Assembly (NCBI RefSeq): GCF_039654945.1
Contig: NW_027361681.1
Location: 3,968,001 to 4,032,000, forward strand
DNA from: Dendrobates tinctorius
Lineage: Eukaryota
Reading direction: 5' to 3'
Length of the DNA: 64,000 nt
This document shows positions 13,201 through 31,277 of the stretch, one piece after another. A program made the translations under genes and the position numbers. The notes beneath the pieces are model-generated. The model was not told where the DNA came from and did no database searches. It saw only the letters and a program-made list of their open reading frames with translations. Position 1 is the stretch's first letter. Every line of letters starts with the position of its first letter.

Positions 13201-15040
13201 GCCGGACTACTACCCCTAATATCCCACATCATCCCATCAGCCATAGCCACCGGACTACAGCCCCTAATATCCCACATCATCCTGTCAGCCAGAGCCACCA
13301 GACAACTACCACTAATACCCCACATCATCCAGTCAGAGCCACCGGACTACTACCCCTAATATCCCACATTATCCCGTCAGCCTGGGGTCAGAGCCAGAGC
13401 GCTGAGTGGAACGGTCCTAACTTCCATACCGGGGATCCCTTTAAGAGAGGGCTGGGGTCAGAACCACAGCTCTGAGGGATTTGCCCTGACTTCCATACCA
13501 ATGATCCCTTTAAGAGGGGCCTGGGGTCAGAACCACAGCGCTGAGGGATTTGCCCTAACTTCCATACCGGGGATCCCTTTAAGAGAGGCCTGGGATCAGA
13601 ACCAGAGTGCTGAGTGGATTTGCCCTGACTTTCATACCGGGGATCCCTTTTATAGAATCCTGAGGTGAGAATCAGAGCGCTGAGGGATTTACCCTAACTT
13701 CCATACTGCAGATCTCTTTAAGAAAGCCTGGGATCTGAACCAGAGCGCTGAGTGGATTTGCCCTGACTTGCATACCAATGATCCCTTTAATAGAACCCTG
13801 GGGTGAGAATCAGAGCACTGACAGATTTGCCCTAACTTCCGTACAGGAGATGCCTTTAAGAGAGCCTGGGGTCAGTACCAGAGCATTTGAAGGCAATTGC
13901 CCGACTTCCATACCGGAGATCCCTTTAAGAGAGGCCTGGGGTCAGTACCAAAGTGCAGATTGGATTTGCCCTCACTTCCATACCGGGGATCCCTTTAAGA
14001 GGGGCCTGGGGTCAGAATCAGAGCGCTGAGTGGATTTGACCTAACTTCCGTACAGGAGATCCCTTTAAGAGAGCCTGGGGTCAGTAAAAGAGCATTTGAA
14101 GGCAATTGCCCTGACTTCCATACCGAGGATCCCTTTAAGAGAGGCCTGGGGTCAGAACCAAAGCACTGGATGGATTTGCCCTGCATTCCATACCGGAGAT
14201 CCGTTTAAGAAAGGCCCTGGGTCAGTACCAAAACGCTGAGTGGATTTGTCCTAACTTGCATACCAATTATCCGGGAGGGGGGATTCATTTCTGTCATGTG
14301 CTCTGTGCTCCTTTCTGGGGGGGCAGACAGTGGCTGGGAGCTTATGTTTCCGGGGAAGCTAGATTTCTCCCACCATGTCAGTGTCTGCTGAGGTGTTGTC
14401 AAGTGGGAAAACTTGCTCATAGCAACCAATTACAGCTCATCTTCTTTTAACCAGCTCTGGTGAAATGAGAGATGCTTAGTGATTGGTTGCAAGGAAAACT
14501 GTTGCTCATAGCAACCAATCACAGCTCAGCTTCTTTTGAACAGCTCTGGTGAAATGAAAGATGCTTTGTGATTGGTTCGTGATACACACACACATACATA
14601 CATACATACATTCAGTTTCATATATAGAGAGACTTATTTTGTTCCCTCCAGTCCTGAGTAAATCTACCAATACCACTGCAGAGACACTCTGTATTTAATC
14701 TAATTGATCTCAGATGGCATTAGCTCTGCTGACTCTCTGCCATAAGCGCAGATAACGAGGGTGATTGCCAGGGCTGCTTTGTTCTAGATGACAATGTTGG
14801 GAATGAAACAAGAACCCTATCTAGAACCGGATGAGCGCCAGCTACTTAGCCCAGCGCACTGCTGCAGAACATCCTATGAGGAGATCAGTTCTGTCTGATG
14901 TAATCTACTGGCATCAATGTTTCATGCTGGTAGAAGAAAACAAGCGGCACCATCCTCCCCGCACTCACCAGGCACATCTGATATTCTAGGCGTTTTCTTG
15001 CCTCTCCGCTCTGCTTCTTCCTGAAGAAAAGCGGCATCAT
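4237..15040 (-). CDS. LRSAM1: E3 ubiquitin ligase LRSAM1, N-terminal part (LRR and coiled-coil), 12 coding exons; SAM/RING exons lie beyond the left edge
   Basis: Exons in transcript order: 15040-14969 ([24 protein letters not shown]), 9927-9871 ([19 protein letters not shown]), 9768-9724 ([15 protein letters not shown]), 9101-9024 ([15 protein letters not shown]...), 8944-8876 ([13 protein letters not shown]...), 8673-8589 ([13 protein letters not shown]...), 8181-8060 ([22 protein letters not shown]...), 6044-5954, 5848-5718 ([15 protein letters not shown]...), 5411-5382 ([10 protein letters not shown]), 4587-4465 ([14 protein letters not shown]...), 4376-4237 (EQTRLEKGL...). All GT-AG, frame-consistent, 1043 nt total; matches human LRSAM1 as recalled, and the head-to-head arrangement with RPL12 is conserved. 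Confidence 0.96.
5228..5360. other. Assembly gap (N run) in an LRSAM1 intron
   Basis: Run of Ns; the flanking exons join in frame, so no exon appears to be missing. Confidence 0.99.
9969..10161 (-). mobile_element. tRNA-derived SINE (V-SINE-like) with an L2-type 3' tail
   Basis: Minus strand: gggcagcacagTGGCTCAGTCG (A box), GGTTCAAATCC (B box), central tgtatgttctccccgtatttgcgtgggtttcctc, tail tgtaaagcgctgcggaatatgttagcgc then (tta)n. Confidence 0.8.
10319..13380. repeat. Minisatellite, 48-bp unit with shorter variants (taatatcccacatcatcccgtcagccagagccaccggactactacccc)
   Basis: Direct tandem periodicity, about 64 copies. Confidence 0.97.
13381..14265. repeat. Minisatellite, about 69-bp unit (cctggggtcagaaccacagcgctgagggatttgccctgacttccataccggggatccctttaagagagg)
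   Basis: About 13 diverged tandem copies abutting the 48-bp array. Confidence 0.93.
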
Positions 15041-15177
15041 GTCTGGCGGCCCGGTCCTCGGTCAGACAGTGAGCTGTAACAGAAGACATGCAGAGCTCGA
15101 GCCTCCGGAGACTATACAGCCTAACTAGTCTATTATTCTATGGCACCACTCCCCGACAGCAAGCAGAGAGCAACCAC

Positions 15178-17830
15178 ACACTGACACTTAGAGGAGAGAA
15201 GAGCACACTGACAGCAGAGGGGTAGCCGAACACGGACACTTAGAGGAGAGAAGAGCACACTGACAGCAGAGGGGTAGCCGAACACGGACACTTAGAGGAG
15301 AGAAGAGCACACTGGCAGCAGAGGGTTAGCCGAACACTGACACTTAGAGGAGAGAAGAGCACACTGACAGCAGAGGGGTAGCTGCACACTGACACTTAGA
15401 GGAGAGAAGAGCACACTGACAGCAGAGGGGTAGCTGCACACTGACACTTAGAGGAGAGAAGAGCACACTGACAGCAGAGGGGCAGCCGAACACGGACACT
15501 TAGAGGAGAGAAGAGCACACTGGCAGCAGAGGGTTAGCCGAACACTGACACTTAGAGGAGAGAAGAGCACACTGACAGCAGAGGGGTAGCTGCACACTGA
15601 CACTTAGAGGAGAGAAGAGCACACTGACAGCAGAGGGGTAGCTGCACACTGACACTTAGAGGAGAGAAGAGCACACTGACAGCAGAGGGGCAGCCGAACA
15701 CAGACACTTAGAGGAGAGAAGAGCACACTGACAGCAGAGGGGTAGCTGCACACTGACACTTAGAGGAGAGAAGAGCACACTGGCAGCAGAGGGGTAGCTG
15801 CACACTGACACTTAGAGGAGAGAAGAGCACACTGACAGCAGAGGGGTAGCTGCACACTGACACTTAGAGGAGAGAAGAGCACACTGACAGCAGAGGGGCA
15901 GCCGAACACAGACACTTAGAGGAGAGAAGAGCACACTGACAGCAGAGGGGTAGCTGCACACTGACACTTAGAGGAGAGAAGAGCACACTGACAGCAGAGG
16001 GGCAGCCGAACACAGACACTTAGAGGAGAGAAGAGCACACTGACAGCAGAGGGGTAGCTGCACACTGACACTTAGAGGAGAGAAGAGCACACTGGCAGCA
16101 GAGGGGCAGCCGAACACAGACACTTAGAGGAGAGAAGAGCACACTGATAGCAGAGGGGTAGCTGCACACTGACACTTAGAGGAGAGAAGAGCACACTGGC
16201 AGCAGAGGGTTAGCCGAACACAGACACTTAGAGGAGAGAAGAGCACACTGATAGCAGAGGGGTAGCTGCACACTGACACTTAGAGGAGAGAAGAGCACAC
16301 TGGCAGCAGAGGGTTAGCCGAACACTGACACTTAGAGGAGAGAAGAGCACACTGATAGCAGAGGGGTAGCTGCACACTGACACTTAGAGGAGAGAAGAGC
16401 ACACTGGCAGCAGAGGGTTAGCCGAACACTGACACTTAGAGGAGAGAAGAGCACACTGATAGCAGAGGGGTAGCTGCACACTGACACTTAGAGGAGAGAA
16501 GAGCACACTGATAGCAGAGGGGCAGCCGGACACAGACACTTAGAGGAGAGAAGAGCACACTGACAGCAGAGGGGTAGCTGCACACTGACACTTAGAGGAG
16601 AGAAGAGCACACTGACAGCAGAGGGGCAGCCGAACACAGACACTTAGAGGAGAGAAGAGCACACTGACAGCAGAGGGGTAGCTGCACACTGACACTTAGA
16701 GGAGAGAAGAGCACACTGGCAGCAGAGGGGCAGCCGAACACAGACACTTAGAGGAGAGAAGAGCACACTGATAGCAGAGGGGTAGCTGCACACTGACACT
16801 TAGAGGAGAGAAGAGCACACTGGCAGCAGAGGGTTAGCCGAACACAGACACTTAGAGGAGAGAAGAGCACACTGATAGCAGAGGGGTAGCTGCACACTGA
16901 CACTTAGAGGAGAGAAGAGCACACTGGCAGCAGAGGGTTAGCCGAACACTGACACTTAGAGGAGAGAAGAGCACACTGATAGCAGAGGGGTAGCTGCACA
17001 CTGACACTTAGAGGAGAGAAGAGCACACTGGCAGCAGAGGGTTAGCCGAACACTGACACTTAGAGGAGAGAAGAGCACACTGATAGCAGAGGGGTAGCTG
17101 CACACTGACACTTAGAGGAGAGAAGAGCACACTGATAGCAGAGGGGCAGCCGCACACTGAAACTTAGAGGAGGGCAGCCGCATACCGACAGCATAGGGGC
17201 AGCTGCACACTGACACTTAGAGGAGAGAAGAGCACACTGACAGCAGAGGGGTAGCCTCACACTGACACTTAGAGGAGAGAAGAGCACACTGGCAGCAGAG
17301 GGTTAGCCGAACACAGACACTTAGAGGAGAGAAGAGCACACTGATAGCAGAGGGGTAGCCGCACACTGACACTTAGAGGAGAGAAGAGCACACTGACAGC
17401 AGAGGGGCAGCCGCACACTGAAACTTAGAGGAGGGCAGCCGCATACCGACAGCATAGGGGCAGCTGCACACTGACACTTAGAGGAGAGAAGAGCACACTG
17501 ACAGCAGAGGGGTAGCCGCACACTGACACTTAGAGGAGGGCAGCTGCATACCGACAGCAGAGGGGCAGCCGCACACTGACACTTAGAGGAGGGAAGAGCC
17601 CACTAACAGCAGGGGGGCAGCCGCACACCGACAGCAGAGGGCAGCCGCACACCGACAGCAGAGGGCAGCCGCACACCGACAGCAGAGGGCAGCCGCACAC
17701 CGACAGCAGAGGGCAGCCGCACACCGACAGCAGAGGGCAGCCGCACACCGACAGCAGAGGGCAGCCGCACACCGACAGCAGAGGGCAGCCGCACACCGAC
17801 AGCAGAGGGCAGCCGCACACTCACAGCAGA
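15178..17830. repeat. Minisatellite, 52-bp unit (cttagaggagagaagagcacactgacagcagaggggtagctgcacactgaca), ending in a 24-bp sub-array; LRSAM1 intron 1
   Basis: Direct tandem periodicity; 24-bp unit cagccgcacaccgacagcagaggg at about 17620-17820. Confidence 0.97.
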
Positions 17831-18269
17831 GGCAGTGGAGCACGACCGCAGGCCAACACTGAGAATTAAACACACAAATACTCTACAACACAAAGGGGAG
17901 AAGTTATAAAAAAAAACACTGTCCACCACTACTGGCAGTGTCAGGCTGTTCTAGATTACCCGTGTCTGACAGTCAGTGTCACCAGAGCAATGTCCCAATA
18001 AATGACTCTAAAATCCAGTGAAGTCCTGATTATGACAGATTCCATATAATGAGGAGAGGCACAGGGCACATATATAATAAGTGAGTGAAGAGCATTGATT
18101 ACAGTCCTCACACATAACACATCAGTGATTCACCAACAGGCATACCGACTTCTAAGAAAAACAGAGTACAGACTCAACTGGCGCAGCTCTGCTCAACCTG
18201 TATATCAGCTGTAGTGCAATGTTCCCATATGTCCAGCATCACTGCCCTCACACACCCACTAGTGGTACT

Positions 18270-20635
18270 GTTTGCTGAGCTGTGTATCTAATCCTATCCT
18301 GTGTGATACTGTCTGCTGAGCTTTGTATCTAATCCTATCCTGTGTGATACTGTCTGCTGAGCCGTGTATCTAATCCTGTCCTGTGTGATACTGCCTGCTG
18401 AGCTGTGTATCTAATCCCATCCTGTGTGATACTGCCTGCTGAGCTGTGTATCTAATCCCATCCTGTGTGATACTGTCTGCTGAGCTGTGTATCTAATCCT
18501 ATCCTGTGTGATACTGTCTGCTGAGCCGTGTATCTGTTCCTATCCTGTGTGATACTGACTGCTGAGCTGTGTATCTAATCCTATCCTGTGTGATACAGTC
18601 TGCTGAGCTGTGTATCTAATCCTATCCTGTGTGATACAGTCTGCTGAGCTGTGTATCTAATCCTATCCTGTGTGATACAGTCTGCTGAGCTGTGTATCTA
18701 ATCTTATCCTGTATGATGCTGTCTGCTGAGCTGTGTATCTAATCCTATCCTGTGTGATACTGTCTGCTGAGCTGTGTATCTAATCCTATCCTGTGTGATA
18801 CTGTCTGCTGAGCTGTGTATCTAATCCTATCCTAGAATCATAGAATCGTAGAGTTGGAAGGGACCTCCTGGGCCATCTGGTCCAACCCCCTGCTCAAAGC
18901 AGGATTCGCTAAATCATCCCAGTCAGATGTCTGTACAGCCTCTGTTTGAAGACTTCCATTGAAGGAGAACTCACCACTTCTCGTGGCAGCCTGTTCCACT
19001 CATTGATCACTCTAACTGTCAAAAAGTTTTTTCTAATATCTAATCTGTGTCTTCTCCCATTCAGTTTCATCCCATTGCTTCTAGTCTTTCCTTGTGCAAA
19101 TGAGAATAAAGTTGATCCTTCTACAATGTGACAGCCCTTTAGATATTTGTAGACAGCTATTAAGTCTCCTCTCAGTCTTCTCTTTTGCACCTAAACATTC
19201 CCAAATCCTGCAACCTTTCCTCATAAGACAGGGTTTGCAGACCGGTCACCATTCTGGTCGCTCTTTTCTGAACTTGCTCCAGTTTGTTGATGTCTTTTTT
19301 AAAATGTGGTGCCCAAAACTGGACACAATATTCCAGATGAGGTCTGACCAAAGAGGAGTAGAGGGAAATAATGACTTCACGTGATCTAGACTGTATGCTT
19401 CTGTTAATACATCCTAGAATTGCATTTGCCTTTTTTGCTGCTGCATCACACTGTTGACTCATATTCAGTCTGTGATCTATTAGTATACCCAAGTCTTTTT
19501 CACATGTGCTGTCACTTAGCCCTATTCCTCCCATTCTATATATGCTTTTTTCATTTTTATTGCCCAGATGTAGTACTTTGCATTTCTCCCTGTTAAAAAC
19601 CATTCTGTTAGTTGCTGCCCACTTCTCCAGTTTATTTAAATCTTTTTGAATCCTCTCTCTCTCTTCTCTAGTATTAGCTATCCCTCCTAGCTTTGTGTCA
19701 TCAGCAAATTTAATCAGTTTACCCTCAATTCCTTCATCTAAATCGTTGATAAAGATGTTGAACAATACAGGGCCCAGGACAGAGCCCTATGGTACCCCAC
19801 TTGAGACATTCTTCCAACTGGATGTGCAGCCATTTACAACCACTCTTTAGGTCCGATCACTAAGCCAGTTATGAATCCACCTAACAGTTGCCTTGTCCAT
19901 TCCATACTTAGTCATTTTTTCAATAAGGATTGTATGAGAGACTTTGTCAAATGCTTTGCTGAAGTCAAGATATACTATATCTACAGCATTTCCTTGATCC
20001 ACCCAATCAGTGATACCGTCATATCCTGTGTGATACTGTCTGCTGAGCTGTGTATCTAATCCTATCCTGTGTGATACTGTCTGCTGGGCTGTGTATCTAA
20101 TCTTATCCTGTATGATGCTGTCTGCTGAGCAGATGTATATCTATTCTTATCCAGTGTGATACTGTCTGCTGAGCTGGGGATCTAATCCTATCCTGTGTGA
20201 TACTGTCTGCTGAGCTGTGTATCTAATCCTTTCCTGTGTGATACTGTCTGCTGAGCTGTGTATCTAATCCTATCCTGTGTGATATGGTCTGCTGAGCTGT
20301 GTATCTAATCCTATCCTGTGTGATACTGTCTGCTTAGCTGTGTATCTAATCCCATCCTGTGTGATACTGACTGCTGAGCTATGTATCTAATCCTATCCTG
20401 TGTGATACTGACTGCTGAGCGTGTATCTAATCATATCCTGTGTGATACTCTGCTGAGCTGTGTATCTAATCCTATCCTGTGTGATACTGACTGCTGAGCC
20501 ATGTATCTAATCCCATCCTGTGTGATACAGTCTGCTGAGCAGTGTATCTAATCCTAGCCTGTGTGATACTGTCTGCTGAGCTGTGTATCTAATCCTATCC
20601 TGTGTGATACTGTCTGCTGAGCAGATGTATTTAAG
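18270..20635. repeat. Minisatellite, 41-bp unit (ctgtgtatctaatcctatcctgtgtgatactgtctgctgag), split by a CR1 insertion
   Basis: Tandem copies at 18270-18833 and 20022-20635. Confidence 0.96.
18834..20021 (-). mobile_element. 5'-truncated CR1 LINE (C-terminal RT and 3' UTR), frameshifted
   Basis: ORFs 19172-19765 (FADDTKL, LVRPHLEYCVQFWAP) and 18909-19190 (RRLRGDLI, WNRLPREVV); attctatg-type 3' tail at the left end; apparent TSD TATCCT at 18828-18833 and 20022-20027. Confidence 0.95.
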
Positions 20636-21920
20636 CCTATAATACCAAGGCGTAAACACCTTGTGTCACCTATATACATGTGAGAAGATACTTTGCATTC
20701 CTCTGCTGTATATATAGAAACATCCACAGTCTCAGGGTTATAGTCAGTGATAATCCAATAATCCAGCAGGGACACAGAAGGAGAATATTCCATGTCTCAG
20801 ATGTGATATAATCCAGCATTAATAGGACCCTGAGAAAATCTGGTGGCTTCTTAGCCCTTTCCCTTCATTATACACATGGAATATGTTAATGATACCAACA
20901 CAAATGACCCCTGTCCTTCCCTTCCCCATTGTATGTACAAACAAACACGCAAAATGAAGAAACTTTCTGCCGTTTGCAATAAACAAGAACAATGTGAATA
21001 ATTAAACACATATAATATAAGGCGGTTTCTCCATATTCAGCACATGATGCCAGTTTTACTCCTGCAGTCGCAGATTATTCACGCCCTCATAACCAGAGTC
21101 TTTAGAGCCTCGGGCTGTTGCGACCTGACGCATTCTCGGACAGCAGCTTCTGGCTTTGTTCCTAAGGACCCCCAGCCCGGTCCTCATAGGCAGAGGTCTC
21201 CAGATCACCAATATTCTTGGGTCTGCTGCAGCCGCCTGATCACGGAGTATCACGCACCTCCTCTACATGTCATACATATTTAGAAGGAATAAAGGGAAGA
21301 AAATGTGGGCAAGAGATTTGTTTTTTTTTTATCTTTGATCCTCTTCCTGGACAAATAAATCATTAGTAACCTGGAGTCCATTGCTAATGAAGCTAAGATT
21401 CGCCAGGAAGGCTGTCGGGAGCCGGTGTGTAGCTATCAGATCTGCAGCAGGTCATAACAGCCAGAGGGGTTCTACTAAGGACTAGGGACGCTTGTCACGA
21501 TGAGGTGAATGATCCAGAAAACGTAGAAGTCAGGAAAATGACATTGTGAGGTGATTTGTGGAGAAATCTCTGCTATATTATTTTATAAGCAAGGTGGAGG
21601 CTGGAACTATGATTGTGGGTGTACAGACAGTAAACGTCCAATAATCTGACACTTGATGATCCATAACCCCTCTCATCTGACAATCCAGACGTTCCCTCCG
21701 GCATCAAACACAATAGTAAATTTTACCAGAACATTTCATTTCCAGCCCACTTACATGTTTCCTATATAAATCTGATAATCCAGACTGTTTGGTAATCCAG
21801 CAACCTATCTATACACAAACAGGACACTGAATCCGAGCAGCCACAGATTACACTTAGTGCTACTAATACGGGTAACAGTTCTTCAAGCGAACATCCTGTG
21901 AGGCGGGGGCCGGTACTCAC

Positions 21921-22010
21921 CGCTGGAGGGGGCCAAAGGCTCCCCGGGGCCCCTCAATGTCTTCCCAGCTCCAACAGCTCCTCTGAGTCCGCAGCCATCT
22001 CACGCTTCCG
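21921..22010 (-). other. LRSAM1: Probable non-coding exon 1 of LRSAM1
   Basis: Strong donor CG|GTGAGT at 21920 within the CpG-rich promoter; the next exon has its acceptor at 15073 with 33 nt of UTR before the ATG. The TSS is approximate. Confidence 0.7.
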
Positions 22011-22380
22011 GGTTCCCAGTCATCACGTGATCTACTTCGCCCATCCCTACCAGAGCTCCATCTAGCGGTCAATCCGCGCATGACAAGTAATGTCGCCTCT
22101 CATCTATCCGATGTAAAACAGCTTGAGGATTCCTCTGGCGCATAAACTATGAGCGGATGTATCGCTGGTCACCTCAGAAACACATTTTGCTTCATGACTT
22201 CCGTCACAGAATTCCGGGCAACCAGATACAAAAATGGCTGCCAGTGCCAGCGGTACATTCTCGAGAGCTTTAGCGCCGCCTGGATTGACCGAAACAAACA
22301 TGGCCGCCCGGAGTATATTCTCGCGAGATTTACTCCCCTTATACGTCGCGCCGTCCTGCTCCCGCCCTCTTTCCGCTTCC
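22005..22380. promoter_or_regulatory. Bidirectional CpG-island promoter of LRSAM1 and RPL12
   Basis: TCTCGCGAGA palindrome (BANP/ZBTB33-type motif) 22319-22328; YY1-like AAAATGGCTGCC and AACATGGCCGCC; ETS CTTCCG sites; E-box TCACGTGA 22023-22030; TCT/5'TOP pyrimidine tract ccctctttcc 22365-22374, typical of ribosomal protein genes. Confidence 0.85.
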
Positions 22381-22486
22381 CAGGCTAGCTAGTGGAGGTG
22401 TAACTCTCATCGGTCGTCCCGAATCCGGGTTCATCCGACACCGAAACCGGCCAGAGTGAAGCGGAGCCCCTTAGTCCGGCACAACT

Positions 22487-28557
<6,071 letters not shown>

Positions 28558-28576
28558 CCTGAAGATGTGAACCCTT

Positions 28577-28582
28577 AATAAA
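28577..28582 (+). terminator. RPL12 polyadenylation signal
   Basis: AATAAA 20 nt after the stop codon. Confidence 0.8.
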
Positions 28583-31277
28583 AAAAAAATTCTTCATCTG
28601 CATAATCAGCTTGTTTTTATTTAAACTGGGTGTGAATATGGATGGCACCTCCAGAGCCTCTCTAGTAACCATTTGTTTCTGACACTAGGTGGTGCTGCAA
28701 TTCAGTAAACTTTGCTGGACATGATTAGATGCCCCTTTCCAAGGCAGCATCTTGCACACTGGGAGGGAAGTAGTGGTGTTACACCTGCATTTATCATGCA
28801 GCTGTACTGATCATCAGGAACGAGGTGCAGACACTTGCTGAATGTGGGTGGGGACAGGCAGGTTTGGGTAGGTGCAGTGTTGGATCATATTTTAGCAGGT
28901 TTATTGGTGTATACATTGGCTCACAGGAAACTGATGGCCTTTGTTTTCATTTAATTATATGCAATAAAATGTCTCAATTGCCTTCTAATGCATAACATAA
29001 AGAGGGTAGGTCAGAGGGAACCATTAATCTTACCAGGGTTGGACACCTCCTTCAGCCTGTAAATAAGGTGGAAAACACATGCTCCTTAATGAGCTGCAAC
29101 TGAGGGAAATCTGTCCAGGAATGAAGATGTACTGATTAATGAGAACCAGTGCAGACTGCAGAATCCTGGCCACACAAACCTCACTGCTAGAGTATTGGTG
29201 GGAGAAATACTTCCATGAGAGACTACTTGCAACTAGGATCCATTGAAGGGCAGCTGTGAATAAAAGGCTGCAATGTAAATTCAGTCACTACATTACATAT
29301 AACCTATAGAAAGGCTTAAAGACTGGAAAACAGCGCTGTCCCTTACTAGTGGCTGTGTGGTTACTGCAGCTTGGCTCTGTTACCATTAACTACACCAGAG
29401 TGGAAGGAAGCAGCCATGCTGTTTAATCTAGGACAACAATTATGTAGATGGCAGACAGCCCATAAACCTGGCACCAGTATATGGTAAGTATCAAGAATTG
29501 GCCTAGCTCTGTCTATAGTACTGAATAATACAGTATATGGGTTTTATGCTGGATGTAACTGGTCAATAGCTGCTGTATAGTGGAATATTAGGAACGGGGC
29601 GGTGATCTGAGTGATGGAACCATAAATGATTAAGTGACTTCTGCTGACAGCATTGTCCCTGGGGGGGTTAGAGGTTGCAGTACTCACCACTGTTCATCAG
29701 GCAAAATGTTACACAATTCATAGTGGCTGTTTGGACACACTGTAGGGGTGAAGACTGACACAGGTATACTGTGAGCTACCCCCAGTGCAAGCAGTGTTTG
29801 GTAGCCTGGAATGAGTAGTACAATATCAGGCTGTTGATCACCAGCTCACTGTGGTGTTCAGAGCACAGCCCAAGAATGATCACGGTCCTGTGATCTGATC
29901 ACGTATTTAATTCCATCGTGTGCAACGCCGTTCATGTGTTACATGCTCCCAGAAGCATGTGTATGGTGGCCATCGCTTCTGATATGCTCCAGCACTATGT
30001 ATGCAATGCCCATTGCATTACACCACTGTGCCTGTAAAAGTGGATGGAGTGGTGTCACACATTACACCACTATGCAACAGTCTAGCGAAACCCAATTGCA
30101 AAAATATTTATACCCAAATTCATTAAATTAACAAAGTCCTCAGAGCTGGATAACCCAGGTGTCTTCTATTGCAGGAGCTGAAGGGTGATGTCACAGCTAC
30201 TGAATTAAAAGATGGGAAGAAGGTGCACCACTAAATGTATACACTAATTTGAGCCAAACTGGTACTTCAAATGTTTAGAACACAATTAATGGTAAAGTCT
30301 GCATATAAGTCGTGCACACCTAAGTATGGGATAAAAATACAACTTTGACACAAAAACAATAAAAGCATTTAAAACTGTAATAACACCCCTGTCTCCAAAA
30401 GGCAGTGTGACAAAGCCTATGGATATGAACAATATGGTACAGGAACCTGCCACAGTGTAGCAGACAAACTGCTGGCAAGGGCACAAGGAGGTGTATCTTT
30501 ATATGATAACCTGTAGGTACAGTGTTTCATGAAGTTCCATGAAACACAGAAGTAAGGTCAATGACCCAAGAGACAATATAATACCAGATGTGGGCATCCC
30601 CACAGATTGTAAAGTGACATAAATGAGACACGCCCTATAGTAACATTGTTCACTGAAACTATGTACTAAGTAAAAAGTGGAGATATAGAAAGTCCACACA
30701 GCTATGAATGCCTAACAACTGCACCACATGTAATAGGGGCCAGGGAGGCAGATGCCCAAATACCCAGCACTGTGGAATCAACTGGTTGGGGAGAACCTGT
30801 AAGGATCCAGGCTGTGCTTATCAAAGTGATGATAATGGTATGAATCAAGGAGAGCCCCATGCTTATCGCTGCGAATGCAGCTTCATCAGGAGGGAGATGC
30901 TAACTAGTGTCAGCAGGTACGTATAGAAGTTGTGCCAAAAGGAATTAGTTAATGGAATAAACCGTGACCGGTGTGTCTGACACAAGAGCAGTGAGGATGT
31001 CGCCAACTTGGGTGACCTGCTCCATTCACTCGACTGGCCTGTTTTGCACATGCCCATAGGTTTGAATGGGTGCATGCCATACAGTAGACCGCACAGTGAT
31101 TTTTTTTTTTTTCCTCCTGCCGACTAGACATGAGAAAATAAACACTAGTCGGCTCTGCCCCATAGTATAACATTGGACCGAGTGAAACACGGGTGAGCAC
31201 TTGTCCGAGTTATACGCTGGCTATATGCCAGTGTGAGTGATCCCTTACTGATGAGTCCTGCTGATGGTTTCTCTAAC

